Positions 9,250 to 18,041 of a DNA stretch of 64,000 bases are shown in pieces. The stretch is from a virus (taxonomy: Duplodnaviria > Caudoviricetes). A program made the position numbers and the translations under genes. Every line of letters starts with the position of its first letter. The first letter of the stretch is position 1. The notes under the pieces are model-generated. The model saw only the letters and a list, made by a program, of their open reading frames with translations. It was not told the origin of the DNA and did not search any database. The DNA lies in the IMG/VR virus record IMGVR_UViG_3300033070_001154, positions 9,440-73,439 of that record; one strand, written 5' to 3'.

Positions 9250-10388
9250 TGACACTCCTCGACTCCGGCCTGATGGTCCGTACCGAAGCCGATCTGCTGG
9301 CCCTGGCAGACCGTGTCATGGAACCGGACTACCTCAACGGTCTCAAGGCCGGAGAAGGCTACGAGCTCATCCGAGCTCTGGCTAAGGAGTTCGCCCGAGC
9401 TTCCAGCGCGGTGCGTACCACCGGGGACGGACTCTTCGTGGCCTACGCCAGCGGAGGAGCGTTCTCTACCGGAGTCGTAGAGTTCTACCGGACCAACACC
9501 CTGGGGCCGGCTGTCACCGTGCTCTCCGGGACCATCGTCCAGGCAGATGGCGGCAAGCTCTTCCGCACCGTACAGGACGCCGTCTTCACCGCTAGCGACC
9601 TCGGCCCCCATGTGGTCGCCGTACGATCAGTCTTTCAGGACTTCCAGGCCAATACGGACGGTGCCACGACCACCCCCGGAGGAATCGACCGCCCGGGAGA
9701 GATCAGCACCGTCCGGACGATGATCCAGAGCCCTGCATACGCCGACCCTGGCATCCGGGTCAGGCAGATGAGCCCAACCGTGGGCGGCAGGGCTCCGATG
9801 CTGGACCTTCTGGCCCGGGGCAACAACCTCTCTCGGTATTCCGGAGAAACTGATCTTTCTCTTTCATACAGAACCAGAAACCTTCCGGACAATCTGACTC
9901 CGGGGGCCATGGAGCGGATGGCGGAGAATCTTCTGGGGCCAACCGACTCCCGTTGGGAGTTCGTGGAGAGCTGGGATACGGATCTTCAGACCGCGTACGA
10001 CCTGGACGACCCGATGGGGGTGTTCACCTACGACGATCCCAGGCCCAGGTACTTCCCCGCACTCGACTGGTATGCAGACGACCGGGAGCAGTGGGGCACG
10101 TTCTACCTGGTGGTTGGGAAGATCCAGCCGATGGAGGACTACGGGGGCGGCTACGACGACACCGTCTACAGCCTGGACGAACTCATCTCCCCGATCAGCG
10201 GTGGCCGGAGGGCTGTGCCGGCCTACGACATGCCGGACAGTGAGACCTTCGGAGAGGGGGCCGATCTGGGGCTCTGCTACGACGGTAGGGATGTGGCGCA
10301 GGACGCGCTGCTGAACAGCGTGTATGAGCAGATGCAGTCGCTTCGAGCGGCGGGCATCGTTGCTGGACTTCATCAGGAAGGGTACTGA
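9249..10388 (+). CDS. Baseplate wedge protein (gpI/second J-like)
   Basis: 379 aa, TGATG-coupled to gpJ; J-like N-half (VLSGTIVQADGG). Confidence 0.55.
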   Translation: MTLLDSGLMVRTEADLLALADRVMEPDYLNGLKAGEGYELIRALAKEFARASSAVRTTGDGLFVAYASGGAFSTGVVEFYRTNTLGPAVTVLSGTIVQADGGKLFRTVQDAVFTASDLGPHVVAVRSVFQDFQANTDGATTTPGGIDRPGEISTVRTMIQSPAYADPGIRVRQMSPTVGGRAPMLDLLARGNNLSRYSGETDLSLSYRTRNLPDNLTPGAMERMAENLLGPTDSRWEFVESWDTDLQTAYDLDDPMGVFTYDDPRPRYFPALDWYADDREQWGTFYLVVGKIQPMEDYGGGYDDTVYSLDELISPISGGRRAVPAYDMPDSETFGEGADLGLCYDGRDVAQDALLNSVYEQMQSLRAAGIVAGLHQEGY

Positions 10389-10394
10389 AACTCC

Positions 10395-11621
10395 ATGGGC
10401 CTCTACGACTTCTTCTCCCGTGTTCTGGTTCCTGTGCGCCAGCGCCCGAGCTCGACGGACCTGAACAGGCTCCAGGACTACATCGCACAGACGATGCAGT
10501 GGGCGAGGAGCGAGGTCTTCGCTGGGGCCTTCAGTGGCGACCCGACGGAGGTGTTCGAGGACCAGTCCAGGATGGTCTATCCCGTCCGTGGGTTCTTCGG
10601 CGGCAGCTTCTTCACCATGGTCAACGGTGCCTTCACGGTGCAGGTGCGCCCGGGCATCGGAGCATCCCCGTATGCAGCGCCTGCGAGCGCTACCGACATC
10701 GACGGTACCTCAGGCACCGACTGGGAGTCGTCGCTCGGTGCCCCGCTGGTCCTGTCTGCGGCGGAGAACCTGACGGTCCCTGCTCCGCCGGCAGTGGGCT
10801 CCAGCAGGATCGACATCATCGAGGTCAGGGCGGACTACCTGGCGGGCTCCCCTGCCACGGTCGGGATCTTCAACGCTGCCACCCGGGTGTTCGATCCCAC
10901 GGTCAAGAACAAGCGACTGCACTGGGACCTGTCAGGCCGCACCGGCTCGGCAGCTCCAGGGGCAAGCACGGCCCCGATCAGCTACGTCACCGGGGTGGTG
11001 GCAGTCGGTACCATCGCGGCGGCCACGGAGCCTGCGACCACGGCTGGGTACGTCAAGATCGCCAGGATCAACCTGGACTGCTCTGCTGGTGCGGTGGTGG
11101 CAGTCACCCAGGACATGATCGCGGACCTGCGCCCGAAGATCTACCCGGGCGGGATGATCCGTGCCGGAGGGCGGATCACCATCGCCGGTACCGTGGCCGG
11201 TATCGCCGCTACGTCTGTCACAGCCCTGGAGCTACCTCCGGGGGTGACGGCGAAGATGACCTTCGCCAACAACGTCCCGCCTGCTGCTGGGACCAGCTAC
11301 ACCGCGACGGTCTACCTCTTCGGAGGCGACATCCGACCTCGTACCCTCGTAGGCGGGTACCGCGGGTCCGTGACGATCACCCCGCTGGGGGCGGTTGCGC
11401 CACGGACCGTGAACGTGTCTGCCAGCGGAACCGGGGTGGCGACGCCAGCATTGGCCGCCATCCTGGCGGGGACGGACGCGAACTACACCACGAACAACCC
11501 GGAGGTCTTTGCCGTGGGACAGCCTTACTACAGCTTCTCGTTCGAGGTGCGACACCCTGCCGCAGCTGCACTGTCCGCCAACGAGGCAGTGTTCTTCCAC
11601 GTCTCTCTCGGTCAGGGCTGA
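10395..11621 (+). CDS. Tail fibre/baseplate structural protein
   Basis: 408 aa Ala/Gly/Thr-rich after wedge genes; SRIDIIEV..YVKIARINL fibre-attachment-like segment. Confidence 0.5.
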   Translation: MGLYDFFSRVLVPVRQRPSSTDLNRLQDYIAQTMQWARSEVFAGAFSGDPTEVFEDQSRMVYPVRGFFGGSFFTMVNGAFTVQVRPGIGASPYAAPASATDIDGTSGTDWESSLGAPLVLSAAENLTVPAPPAVGSSRIDIIEVRADYLAGSPATVGIFNAATRVFDPTVKNKRLHWDLSGRTGSAAPGASTAPISYVTGVVAVGTIAAATEPATTAGYVKIARINLDCSAGAVVAVTQDMIADLRPKIYPGGMIRAGGRITIAGTVAGIAATSVTALELPPGVTAKMTFANNVPPAAGTSYTATVYLFGGDIRPRTLVGGYRGSVTITPLGAVAPRTVNVSASGTGVATPALAAILAGTDANYTTNNPEVFAVGQPYYSFSFEVRHPAAAALSANEAVFFHVSLGQG

Positions 11622-11646
11622 TAGGGCCGACGAAGGAGGCTGATCC

Positions 11647-13332
11647 ATGGTCCAGGCGCTCATCTCCATAAATGCCGTCAATGGGAGCAATCCCCCCAAC
11701 GGCACCGCTCTGGTCATCAACACCCTGATCGGTCTGGACAACGTCAACACCGGAGGGGAGCTCACCTACCTCTGGGAGTTCCTGGACCGCCCCGAGGGCT
11801 CCGCCGCCGCCTTCTCCAACCCGGCCATCCAGGCGCCAACCTTCACCCCGGACGTGGAGGGCAGCTACCTCATCAAGCTGACGGTCAACCGTACCCTGGC
11901 CACGGAGGCCACCAACACGGTGGTCGCAGCCGTGGCCCAGCGGAGGACCAACCACCGCATCCCGGCAGCGGGCGAGACCAGGGAGACTTCCACCACCCGT
12001 GGATGGGCCCTGGCGGTCAACCGCTTCATGAAGCTGGTGGACATCGGGCTCACCCAGGGGGGGATGCTCGTCGGAGCAGCCGCCGCTGTCATGACCCGAT
12101 CCGCCATACTCCGGGTGACGGGGATCTACACCCTCAACGCGGGACTCCCCGAGGAGCGGGTCATCCCCGAGTTCAGCCTGGCCCTGGCGAGTAGTGCCGT
12201 CGATGCCGCGGACGAGCTCTACATCATGGAGTACACCCCCGACGAGCTGACCGCAGCAGCCATCGGGGACCTGGTCAGGGCCCGATCCAACGGGCTCTTC
12301 GGACCTGCCACTGGCGGTGTCGCTGTCGTGGGCGACCCCGTGTACCTCAGTGATGTCGGAGCGCCCTCGCTACTGGCCGGTGCCATCCCCAGGAAGATCG
12401 GCTACGTCGTCGGCCTGGATGGTCCCGACTGGTACTTCCACTTCATGGGAGCAGCTGGCTCATCCGAGCTCACCAACGAGCCCCTGGTGTTCTCCCAGGC
12501 ACCGACCGGGACGTACCCCAACGGGGTCAACCTCCAGGCCCTCCAGGCCGCCATCCAGATGAACGCTGCGGTGGATGCCATCAGCCTGAGGCTGATGCGC
12601 TTCTCAGCGGCACAGGCCAACCCCATCTTCAGGCTGGCCACCCAGGCAGCGGCGTCGATCTTCTCCATCAGCGCGCACGGGGACATCACCCTCCACGATC
12701 CGGATCTGGACCAGATTCGTATCATCCAGACGACAGGCACCACCGATCTGGCCCTGAACAGCGAAGCTGAAATCCTGTTCCAGATCCTCGGTACGACCCG
12801 CTGGCAGCTCAACAGTACCACCTTCGCACTGGAGGCCGTCGGCGGGAACCGCGCCATCTCCAACGTCCTCGACCCTGCTGCTGCCCAGGATGTCTCGACC
12901 AAGGCGTACACGGACGGCAAGGACTTCACCACCTTCGTCTTCGGCAACACCGACCTGCCCGCGAGCGCGGATCAATGCGTCCTCGACCCGGGATTCGGGG
13001 TGCGTACCGCCAAGACTGTGGCCAGCGCAGCCTGGCCCAGCTTCCGGGTCACCAGGGCCGGTACCCTCCAGAGGCTGCACGGCTTCGTACGCAACTCCTC
13101 CACCGTGGTCGCCACCGACGTGGAAGTCTATGTCGACTCCGGAACAGGCTACGGAGCCACCGGCATCGTCATCACCTTCTCTGCTGGCGGCGTAGACGAG
13201 GCCAAGCGGGACAACACCAACGTCTTCGTGGTGGCTTCCGGGGACAAGGTGCAGCTCCGCACCAAGCCCGGTGGCGTCCCCGGCGTCGGCTGCCTGGACC
13301 TCATGTGCTCCCTCGAACTCAAGCCGACCTGA
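11647..13332 (+). CDS. Tail fibre / receptor-binding protein with N-terminal PKD/Ig-like domain
   Basis: LTYLWEFLDRPEGSAAAFSNPAIQAPTFTPDVEGSYLIKLTV is PKD-like; AAAQDVSTKAYTD fibre-like motif; last gene of tail block. Confidence 0.55.
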   Translation: MVQALISINAVNGSNPPNGTALVINTLIGLDNVNTGGELTYLWEFLDRPEGSAAAFSNPAIQAPTFTPDVEGSYLIKLTVNRTLATEATNTVVAAVAQRRTNHRIPAAGETRETSTTRGWALAVNRFMKLVDIGLTQGGMLVGAAAAVMTRSAILRVTGIYTLNAGLPEERVIPEFSLALASSAVDAADELYIMEYTPDELTAAAIGDLVRARSNGLFGPATGGVAVVGDPVYLSDVGAPSLLAGAIPRKIGYVVGLDGPDWYFHFMGAAGSSELTNEPLVFSQAPTGTYPNGVNLQALQAAIQMNAAVDAISLRLMRFSAAQANPIFRLATQAAASIFSISAHGDITLHDPDLDQIRIIQTTGTTDLALNSEAEILFQILGTTRWQLNSTTFALEAVGGNRAISNVLDPAAAQDVSTKAYTDGKDFTTFVFGNTDLPASADQCVLDPGFGVRTAKTVASAAWPSFRVTRAGTLQRLHGFVRNSSTVVATDVEVYVDSGTGYGATGIVITFSAGGVDEAKRDNTNVFVVASGDKVQLRTKPGGVPGVGCLDLMCSLELKPT

Positions 13333-13394
13333 TTTTCACTACAGGCAGCACGACTTGGCGTACGCCCCAGTCTTTGACAGGATCGCCGCACACC

Positions 13395-13745
13395 ATGGCG
13401 GCTGAGACCGCGGAGAACCATCGGGGCATGCACGATCACCACTTCAGCTTCGGGGACAGGATCCTGGTTCAGATGGCCGCAGGGGGCCTGGTAGGCGCCG
13501 TGGCGGACAGACTGCTCACCGTCCTCATAGGAATGATCGCATCCCTGGTCGTGGGCGTCGTCATGGAGCTGGTCAAGGCGCACTTCCAGAAGCGAGCCAA
13601 GGCCCGGGAGCTCGCCAGCCTCGCACCAGCATACCGCCATCCCCAAGCGCAGGTCTCCGGAGGCTACTGCCAGGTCCATCCCCGAGGCGAGCCTACCGCT
13701 TCTGAACCCGAACCGGCCGGATCTCCCACACCTCCACGAACGTAG
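13395..13745 (+). CDS. Membrane protein (holin/antiholin-like candidate)
   Basis: C-terminal 116 aa of track ORF 12975-13745 from ATG 13395; hydrophobic ILVQMAAGGLVGAV and LLTVLIGMIASLVVGVVMELV then basic tail. Confidence 0.45.
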   Translation: MAAETAENHRGMHDHHFSFGDRILVQMAAGGLVGAVADRLLTVLIGMIASLVVGVVMELVKAHFQKRAKARELASLAPAYRHPQAQVSGGYCQVHPRGEPTASEPEPAGSPTPPRT

Positions 13746-13899
13746 CCCCGACCTTCCTGGAGCTGAACCAGGACACCGACAACTCGCCATCAGATGCCCG
13801 CTCCAGATCATCCGGAGCAACGCACTGAGCGAACGGCATGTCCCGCGACTCCCTGATGTCCAGGAAGGTCACTTCCCCGTAGCCGACGAGCTCGATCAT
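13693..13899 (-). CDS. Hypothetical protein (antisense operon gene 3)
   Basis: MIELVGYG.. 68 aa; ATG overlaps upstream stop (ATGA). Confidence 0.5.
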   Translation of the reverse strand: MIELVGYGEVTFLDIRESRDMPFAQCVAPDDLERASDGELSVSWFSSRKVGATFVEVWEIRPVRVQKR

Positions 13900-14105
13900 C
13901 GTACTCTCCATGTCTCTATGTAGAACCCGCCGAACCAGCCGTTCCCTGACGTCCCCCTGGTCTCAAAGCCATCATCGGCCAGAAGGCTCTGTTGAACGAC
14001 AGACGCCGGGTTGTAGGGACCGTACGGGACCAGGGTCATGAGCTGTTCCGGAGAAACCTGGAGCAGATAGTAGGCACGCCCCCCAGTACCCTTGAGCTCG
14101 ATCAT
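13896..14105 (-). CDS. Hypothetical protein (antisense operon gene 2)
   Basis: MIELKGTG.. 69 aa; ATGA-coupled at both ends. Confidence 0.55.
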   Translation of the reverse strand: MIELKGTGGRAYYLLQVSPEQLMTLVPYGPYNPASVVQQSLLADDGFETRGTSGNGWFGGFYIETWRVR

Positions 14106-14398
14106 CGGAACTCCCCCAGGGTGACCATGGCCACCACATGATCCGGCCCGAACGCCCCCCACCTCGTACAGCTCTCCAGCCAGACGGGCACCATACCGTT
14201 CAGAGGCCTGGTGAAGTCTAGGAGAGCGGAGTTGGGCGTACGGAACGTCTTGGTGGTCGCGTTGTACCCAGCACGCCGCCCGGGGACGCTCGTGGCCAGG
14301 ACCAGATAACGATCCAGGGGGGAGCCGCTCCTCCGACCCACTGTGTAGATCCTCACCATGGCCACTTGACCATCTGGGCTGTGATAGAAGTCTTGCAT
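14102..14398 (-). CDS. Hypothetical protein (antisense operon gene 1)
   Basis: 98 aa; stop overlaps next ATG; start uncertain. Confidence 0.5.
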   Translation of the reverse strand: MQDFYHSPDGQVAMVRIYTVGRRSGSPLDRYLVLATSVPGRRAGYNATTKTFRTPNSALLDFTRPLNGMVPVWLESCTRWGAFGPDHVVAMVTLGEFR

Positions 14399-14738
14399 GT
14401 TCTCGTCGATCTCCGCCTACGTTGTTGCCCACTTCGGGTACATCTGGCCCGCTCTCTCAGCCGTTCTGGTGCTGATCATCCGGACTCGTACTCCGGAGGA
14501 GTGGGTCGCTCTCGGGGAGAAGCAGCCCCGTCTCCAGGGCATGATCAAGGCCCTCCGCGGCCTGGGTCTGGACCCGGTCAAGGCTGTCGAGGGTCTGACC
14601 CAGATCAAGACCGGCAAGGTCGAGCTCGATCCCCGGGACGGTCAGATCATCGCGCTGCGGGCCCAGCTGGAGGCGGCTCAGTCGGAGCTGAGGGCCTTGC
14701 AGTCGGAGCGGGCTCCGGTGCAGGCTCCCCTCCGATGA
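14397..14738 (+). CDS. Holin-like membrane protein
   Basis: N-terminal TM helix (FGYIWPALSAVLVLII) and C-terminal coiled coil; in lysis cluster. Confidence 0.5.
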   Translation: MFSSISAYVVAHFGYIWPALSAVLVLIIRTRTPEEWVALGEKQPRLQGMIKALRGLGLDPVKAVEGLTQIKTGKVELDPRDGQIIALRAQLEAAQSELRALQSERAPVQAPLR

Positions 14739-14989
14739 AGATCCTGCTCACCGTTCTCCTTCTCCTCGTCCTCCCCGGCCAGATGGGGTGTCGCCAGCCC
14801 AAGAACTGCCCTGGCACCGCGGGTACGGCCCGCTGCACCCAGGAGGGGCTTCCGCAGTGGTGTGACGAGGGCGAGCGCTGGCGCTCCTGGGCCACGCTTC
14901 CCTGCTCGGCCACGGGCGGGAGCTGCGTGATCCGGAACGGCTACGCGACCTGCACCCGGATGACGGATGCGGGCGTCTCCCACGACTGA
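14735..14989 (+). CDS. Cys-rich lipoprotein (o-spanin-like candidate)
   Basis: MKILLTVLLLLVLPGQMGC signal peptide with lipobox-like Cys plus 6 further Cys in 84 aa; ATGA-coupled. Confidence 0.6.
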   Translation: MKILLTVLLLLVLPGQMGCRQPKNCPGTAGTARCTQEGLPQWCDEGERWRSWATLPCSATGGSCVIRNGYATCTRMTDAGVSHD

Positions 14990-15020
14990 CCAAGACCCGA
15001 AGAGAGGAATCCCCAAAGCT

Positions 15021-15626
15021 ATGCTGACTCACGCACAGGCGATCGTCTTCCGAGACAAGATGATCGAGCGGTTCAATGCCCGTGTCTACGACAAGGAGCG
15101 CTCGGTCGCGATGTTCGCGGCGGCGGGTGTCCTGGCGGTGGGCGGGATGAATCCCAAGGACTTCCTGGAGAGCTTCTCCACGACCATCCCGGACCCGGAG
15201 GACCTTACGGTCAGTCCGCTCGGCCCCCGGAGCGCCGTGTACCTGTCCAAGGCTGCCCGGGAGAACCCGGATCAGCTGGTCATCACCCTCTCCCACGAGC
15301 TCCACCACGCCTTCCGGCAGCAGAAGGACTGGCCCGTCAGCACCTGGTTCTACGTCGTCTCGGACGATGCGCGAGGCGAGGAGGAGGTGCAGGCATACGT
15401 GATCGGGGAGTCGATCTCCCGTCGCATCACCGGGCGCATCCGCACCGTGAACTCCGTCCAGGAGACGCTCGACAAGAGCTACCACCTCGGTCCCGGCGCC
15501 AAGAAGTCCGCCAGGGCCATGCTGACCGGCGCCTGGATGAGCCTGGACGAGAACCTCGTCCCCCCGATGGAGGTGGCCATCTACGCCCACGAGCTGCTGG
15601 ACAACCTGGGAGTCCCCCAGCTGTGA
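15021..15626 (+). CDS. Zincin-like metalloprotease
   Basis: LSHELHHAFRQQ (HExxH) with downstream EEVQAY third-ligand-like Glu. Confidence 0.6.
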   Translation: MLTHAQAIVFRDKMIERFNARVYDKERSVAMFAAAGVLAVGGMNPKDFLESFSTTIPDPEDLTVSPLGPRSAVYLSKAARENPDQLVITLSHELHHAFRQQKDWPVSTWFYVVSDDARGEEEVQAYVIGESISRRITGRIRTVNSVQETLDKSYHLGPGAKKSARAMLTGAWMSLDENLVPPMEVAIYAHELLDNLGVPQL

Positions 15627-16183
15627 GGCGCATCGGCACCTTCCTGGCCCTGCTGGGGATGGCCGGTTGCAACCCGCCTACCCAGCACGACCCCGTACGC
15701 TACGGGATCATCTCGGTCTACGTGGACCCGGAGTGGCTCGACTCCGACGACACCCTGATCATGGAGCAGCTGGGCCGGCTCAACGCACTGGGCCCGACCT
15801 TCGTCCGTGCTCCCGAGGGCGGACGCTCCGCTTCGCGTGTGGCCGTGCAGGCCTTCGTCTCCAGGGACTGCTCCCTGGACGCCGCCCACTGGGAGGTGGG
15901 CTCGCGTGTGGTGGAGCTGGATCGCACTTGCTTCACCAGCGAGAGCACCTTCCAGCAGGCAGTCGGCCACGAGGTAGGCCATGCGCTGGGGATGCTGCAC
16001 GTCTGCATCCACCAGGGCGATGCCGATGTGTGCTCCCCGGTCGGATTCGGCCCCGCCATGATGAACCCCCGTATCGGCGGGGAGGAGAGCGGTCCGAGCT
16101 TCCACGAGGCATGGGGTGGAGGGCTCGGAGAGGTGGACCCCACTCCCCTCGACCTGGCAGAGTTCCGGAGGGCGAATCCATGA
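15623..16183 (+). CDS. Lipoprotein metzincin (matrixin/M10-like) protease
   Basis: Signal with LLGMAGC lipobox; HEVGHALGMLH (HExxHxxGxxH); PAMMNP Met-turn. Confidence 0.75.
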   Translation: MRRIGTFLALLGMAGCNPPTQHDPVRYGIISVYVDPEWLDSDDTLIMEQLGRLNALGPTFVRAPEGGRSASRVAVQAFVSRDCSLDAAHWEVGSRVVELDRTCFTSESTFQQAVGHEVGHALGMLHVCIHQGDADVCSPVGFGPAMMNPRIGGEESGPSFHEAWGGGLGEVDPTPLDLAEFRRANP

Positions 16184-16884
16184 GCGGACTGATCACCGGC
16201 ATCGTCGACATCCACAACGCCGATGGCGTCTGTGACCTCAAGAAGTTCAAGGAGCTGGACGGGGGCGTCCTGTTCATCTCCAAGGCCACCGAGGGCGGCG
16301 ACTTCGTGGACAAGGGCTTCGCCAAGACCATGCCCAGGCTGAAGGCGGAGGGCATCCTCTCGGGCCTCTACCACTTCGGCAACCGCAAGACGGCTGTGAC
16401 CAAGCAGGTACAGAACTTCCTGAAGCAGGTGGAGCCCTTCCCTGAGGCCACCCTGATGCTGGACTGCGAAACCAACGTCAACAAGCGGACCGGGGAGGAC
16501 AACACCATGTCCTTCGAGCAGGCTGCGGAGTTCTGTGAGCTCGTCCAGAAGGAGACGGGACGCTTCCCCCTCTTCTACACCTACGAGTCCATGCTCTTCT
16601 CGTACATGGCCAAGGCCTCCCCCGAGACCCGTGCCAAGCTGGGGCGCTCGCCCCTCTTCATCGCCAAGTACGGGCCGCCCCCCAAGGCCATGCCGGAGTC
16701 GTGGGGAGCCTGGAAGGACTGGAGCCTCTGGCAGTACAGCTCCTCCGTGGAGAACGGCCCCAGCAACAAGGCCAAGTACCCCCGAGGGTTCAAGAGCTTC
16801 GCCCGAACCAGCCAGGACCGATCATGCTTCCGAGGCACCCTGGAGGATCTCCAGCTCTTCTGGAAGACCTGCGGACTCCCCTGA
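16180..16884 (+). CDS. Endolysin, GH25 muramidase
   Basis: IVD N-terminal Asp, KATEG, GLYHF, LDCE (DxE), PLFYT, WSLWQYSS GH25 motifs. Confidence 0.85.
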   Translation: MSGLITGIVDIHNADGVCDLKKFKELDGGVLFISKATEGGDFVDKGFAKTMPRLKAEGILSGLYHFGNRKTAVTKQVQNFLKQVEPFPEATLMLDCETNVNKRTGEDNTMSFEQAAEFCELVQKETGRFPLFYTYESMLFSYMAKASPETRAKLGRSPLFIAKYGPPPKAMPESWGAWKDWSLWQYSSSVENGPSNKAKYPRGFKSFARTSQDRSCFRGTLEDLQLFWKTCGLP

Positions 16885-17065
16885 CCACGGGGAGCACCCT
16901 CCTCGACGTGCTCATCATCGCACTAATCCTGGCCATCCTTGCTTGGGAGGCTTGGTGACCTGCCACTCAGGCACCCCCAGCAGTTCGTTGGTGGCAGCGC
17001 CCAGTCCTTCCCCCGAGCACGGCTGGCCAGGAGCCGGCTGCCCGTGACAATCAGGATGTCCCCGG

Positions 17066-17299
17066 TCACAGGTCCGTCTCGACTACCATCTCCGGATCCA
17101 GCATCTCCAGTTCACCCCCGAGCCACACCAGCTTGAAGGTGAAGGGGACTTTCGGGACAACGTCCGAGCGATGACGGAGGAGGAAGTCCAGGAACCTGTT
17201 GGCCTCGTCTCCCCCAGCAGGGATGACCTGGGTACCCGCCGGATGGATGGTCTCAGGTCCCGTCTGGATCGGAATCGCCAGCCTCAGCTTCTTGCTCAT
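17066..17299 (-). CDS. Hypothetical protein
   Basis: 77 aa, coupled to upstream gene; last gene of the leftward block. Confidence 0.55.
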   Translation of the reverse strand: MSKKLRLAIPIQTGPETIHPAGTQVIPAGGDEANRFLDFLLRHRSDVVPKVPFTFKLVWLGGELEMLDPEMVVETDL

Positions 17300-17514
17300 C
17301 GCTTCTCCCTGATGATCTTGTCGATCTCGTCCTGAATCTGCCTCGAAGCCAGGGCCATGAAGTCTGGCCCGTTGTCGTGAAGGGCGTACTTGAGGACACG
17401 GATCAGCAGCTCCTGGTGGGTGATCCGGAGCCCCACCTTCCGGGAGAGCATCTCCTCCGCCAGGAGGAAGAGCTTGTCCTGATCATCTGTCAGGGCCACC
17501 TTCCGGGCCTTCAT
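17296..17514 (-). CDS. Hypothetical small protein, possibly DNA-binding
   Basis: 72 aa; short strand then two helices (ribbon-helix-helix-like by eye). Confidence 0.5.
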   Translation of the reverse strand: MKARKVALTDDQDKLFLLAEEMLSRKVGLRITHQELLIRVLKYALHDNGPDFMALASRQIQDEIDKIIREKR

Positions 17515-18041
17515 CGCTTCTTCTCCTCAGTCTTGATGAACTGCATGAAGACCCTGCCCGCATAGTCGTCCGACGCAGTCTGGAGGGTCTGGAGGATCAG
17601 CCTCTCGATCGACGCCTTGACGATCTTGAAACCTTCGCCCTCGTGAGACAGCTGCCAGATCCTATCCGTGATCTGGGACTTGATCATCCGGAGCAGCTCC
17701 CGGTTGCCCTCCCCCGAGCCGGAACTGAAACGTTCCCAGGCCTTCGGGATCTCGGCGTCGATCTTCTTCCGGATGTTGGCGACCCCCATACGCTCCTCGA
17801 TCCGCTTGGCGAGGTGCTCCTTCAGCTCTGCCGGCATCCAGGACGACTTGGAGTTCATGACTGCCTCATCGACCACCTCCCGTACCTTGCGCTCGACGTA
17901 CCCATTCACCAGCTTGTCGATCCGCTCCTTGGCGAATGCCCCCTCCACGGCCAGCCTGATCTGGCGCTCCATCACCGTGTTGAATCCCGGCCCCAGGTCC
18001 AGGACCGCGCTGTACTCCGTCTCCGGCTCTTGATCTCTCAT
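17511..18041 (-). CDS. Hypothetical helical protein
   Basis: 176 aa ORF with GC3-biased codons. Confidence 0.6.
   Translation of the reverse strand: MRDQEPETEYSAVLDLGPGFNTVMERQIRLAVEGAFAKERIDKLVNGYVERKVREVVDEAVMNSKSSWMPAELKEHLAKRIEERMGVANIRKKIDAEIPKAWERFSSGSGEGNRELLRMIKSQITDRIWQLSHEGEGFKIVKASIERLILQTLQTASDDYAGRVFMQFIKTEEKKR

Noticed and set aside
1-13332. Contractile tail genes as a bacterial T6SS, tailocin or eCIS locus
   Set aside because: Linked to an endolysin and a full phage replication block with no host genes; it is a phage tail
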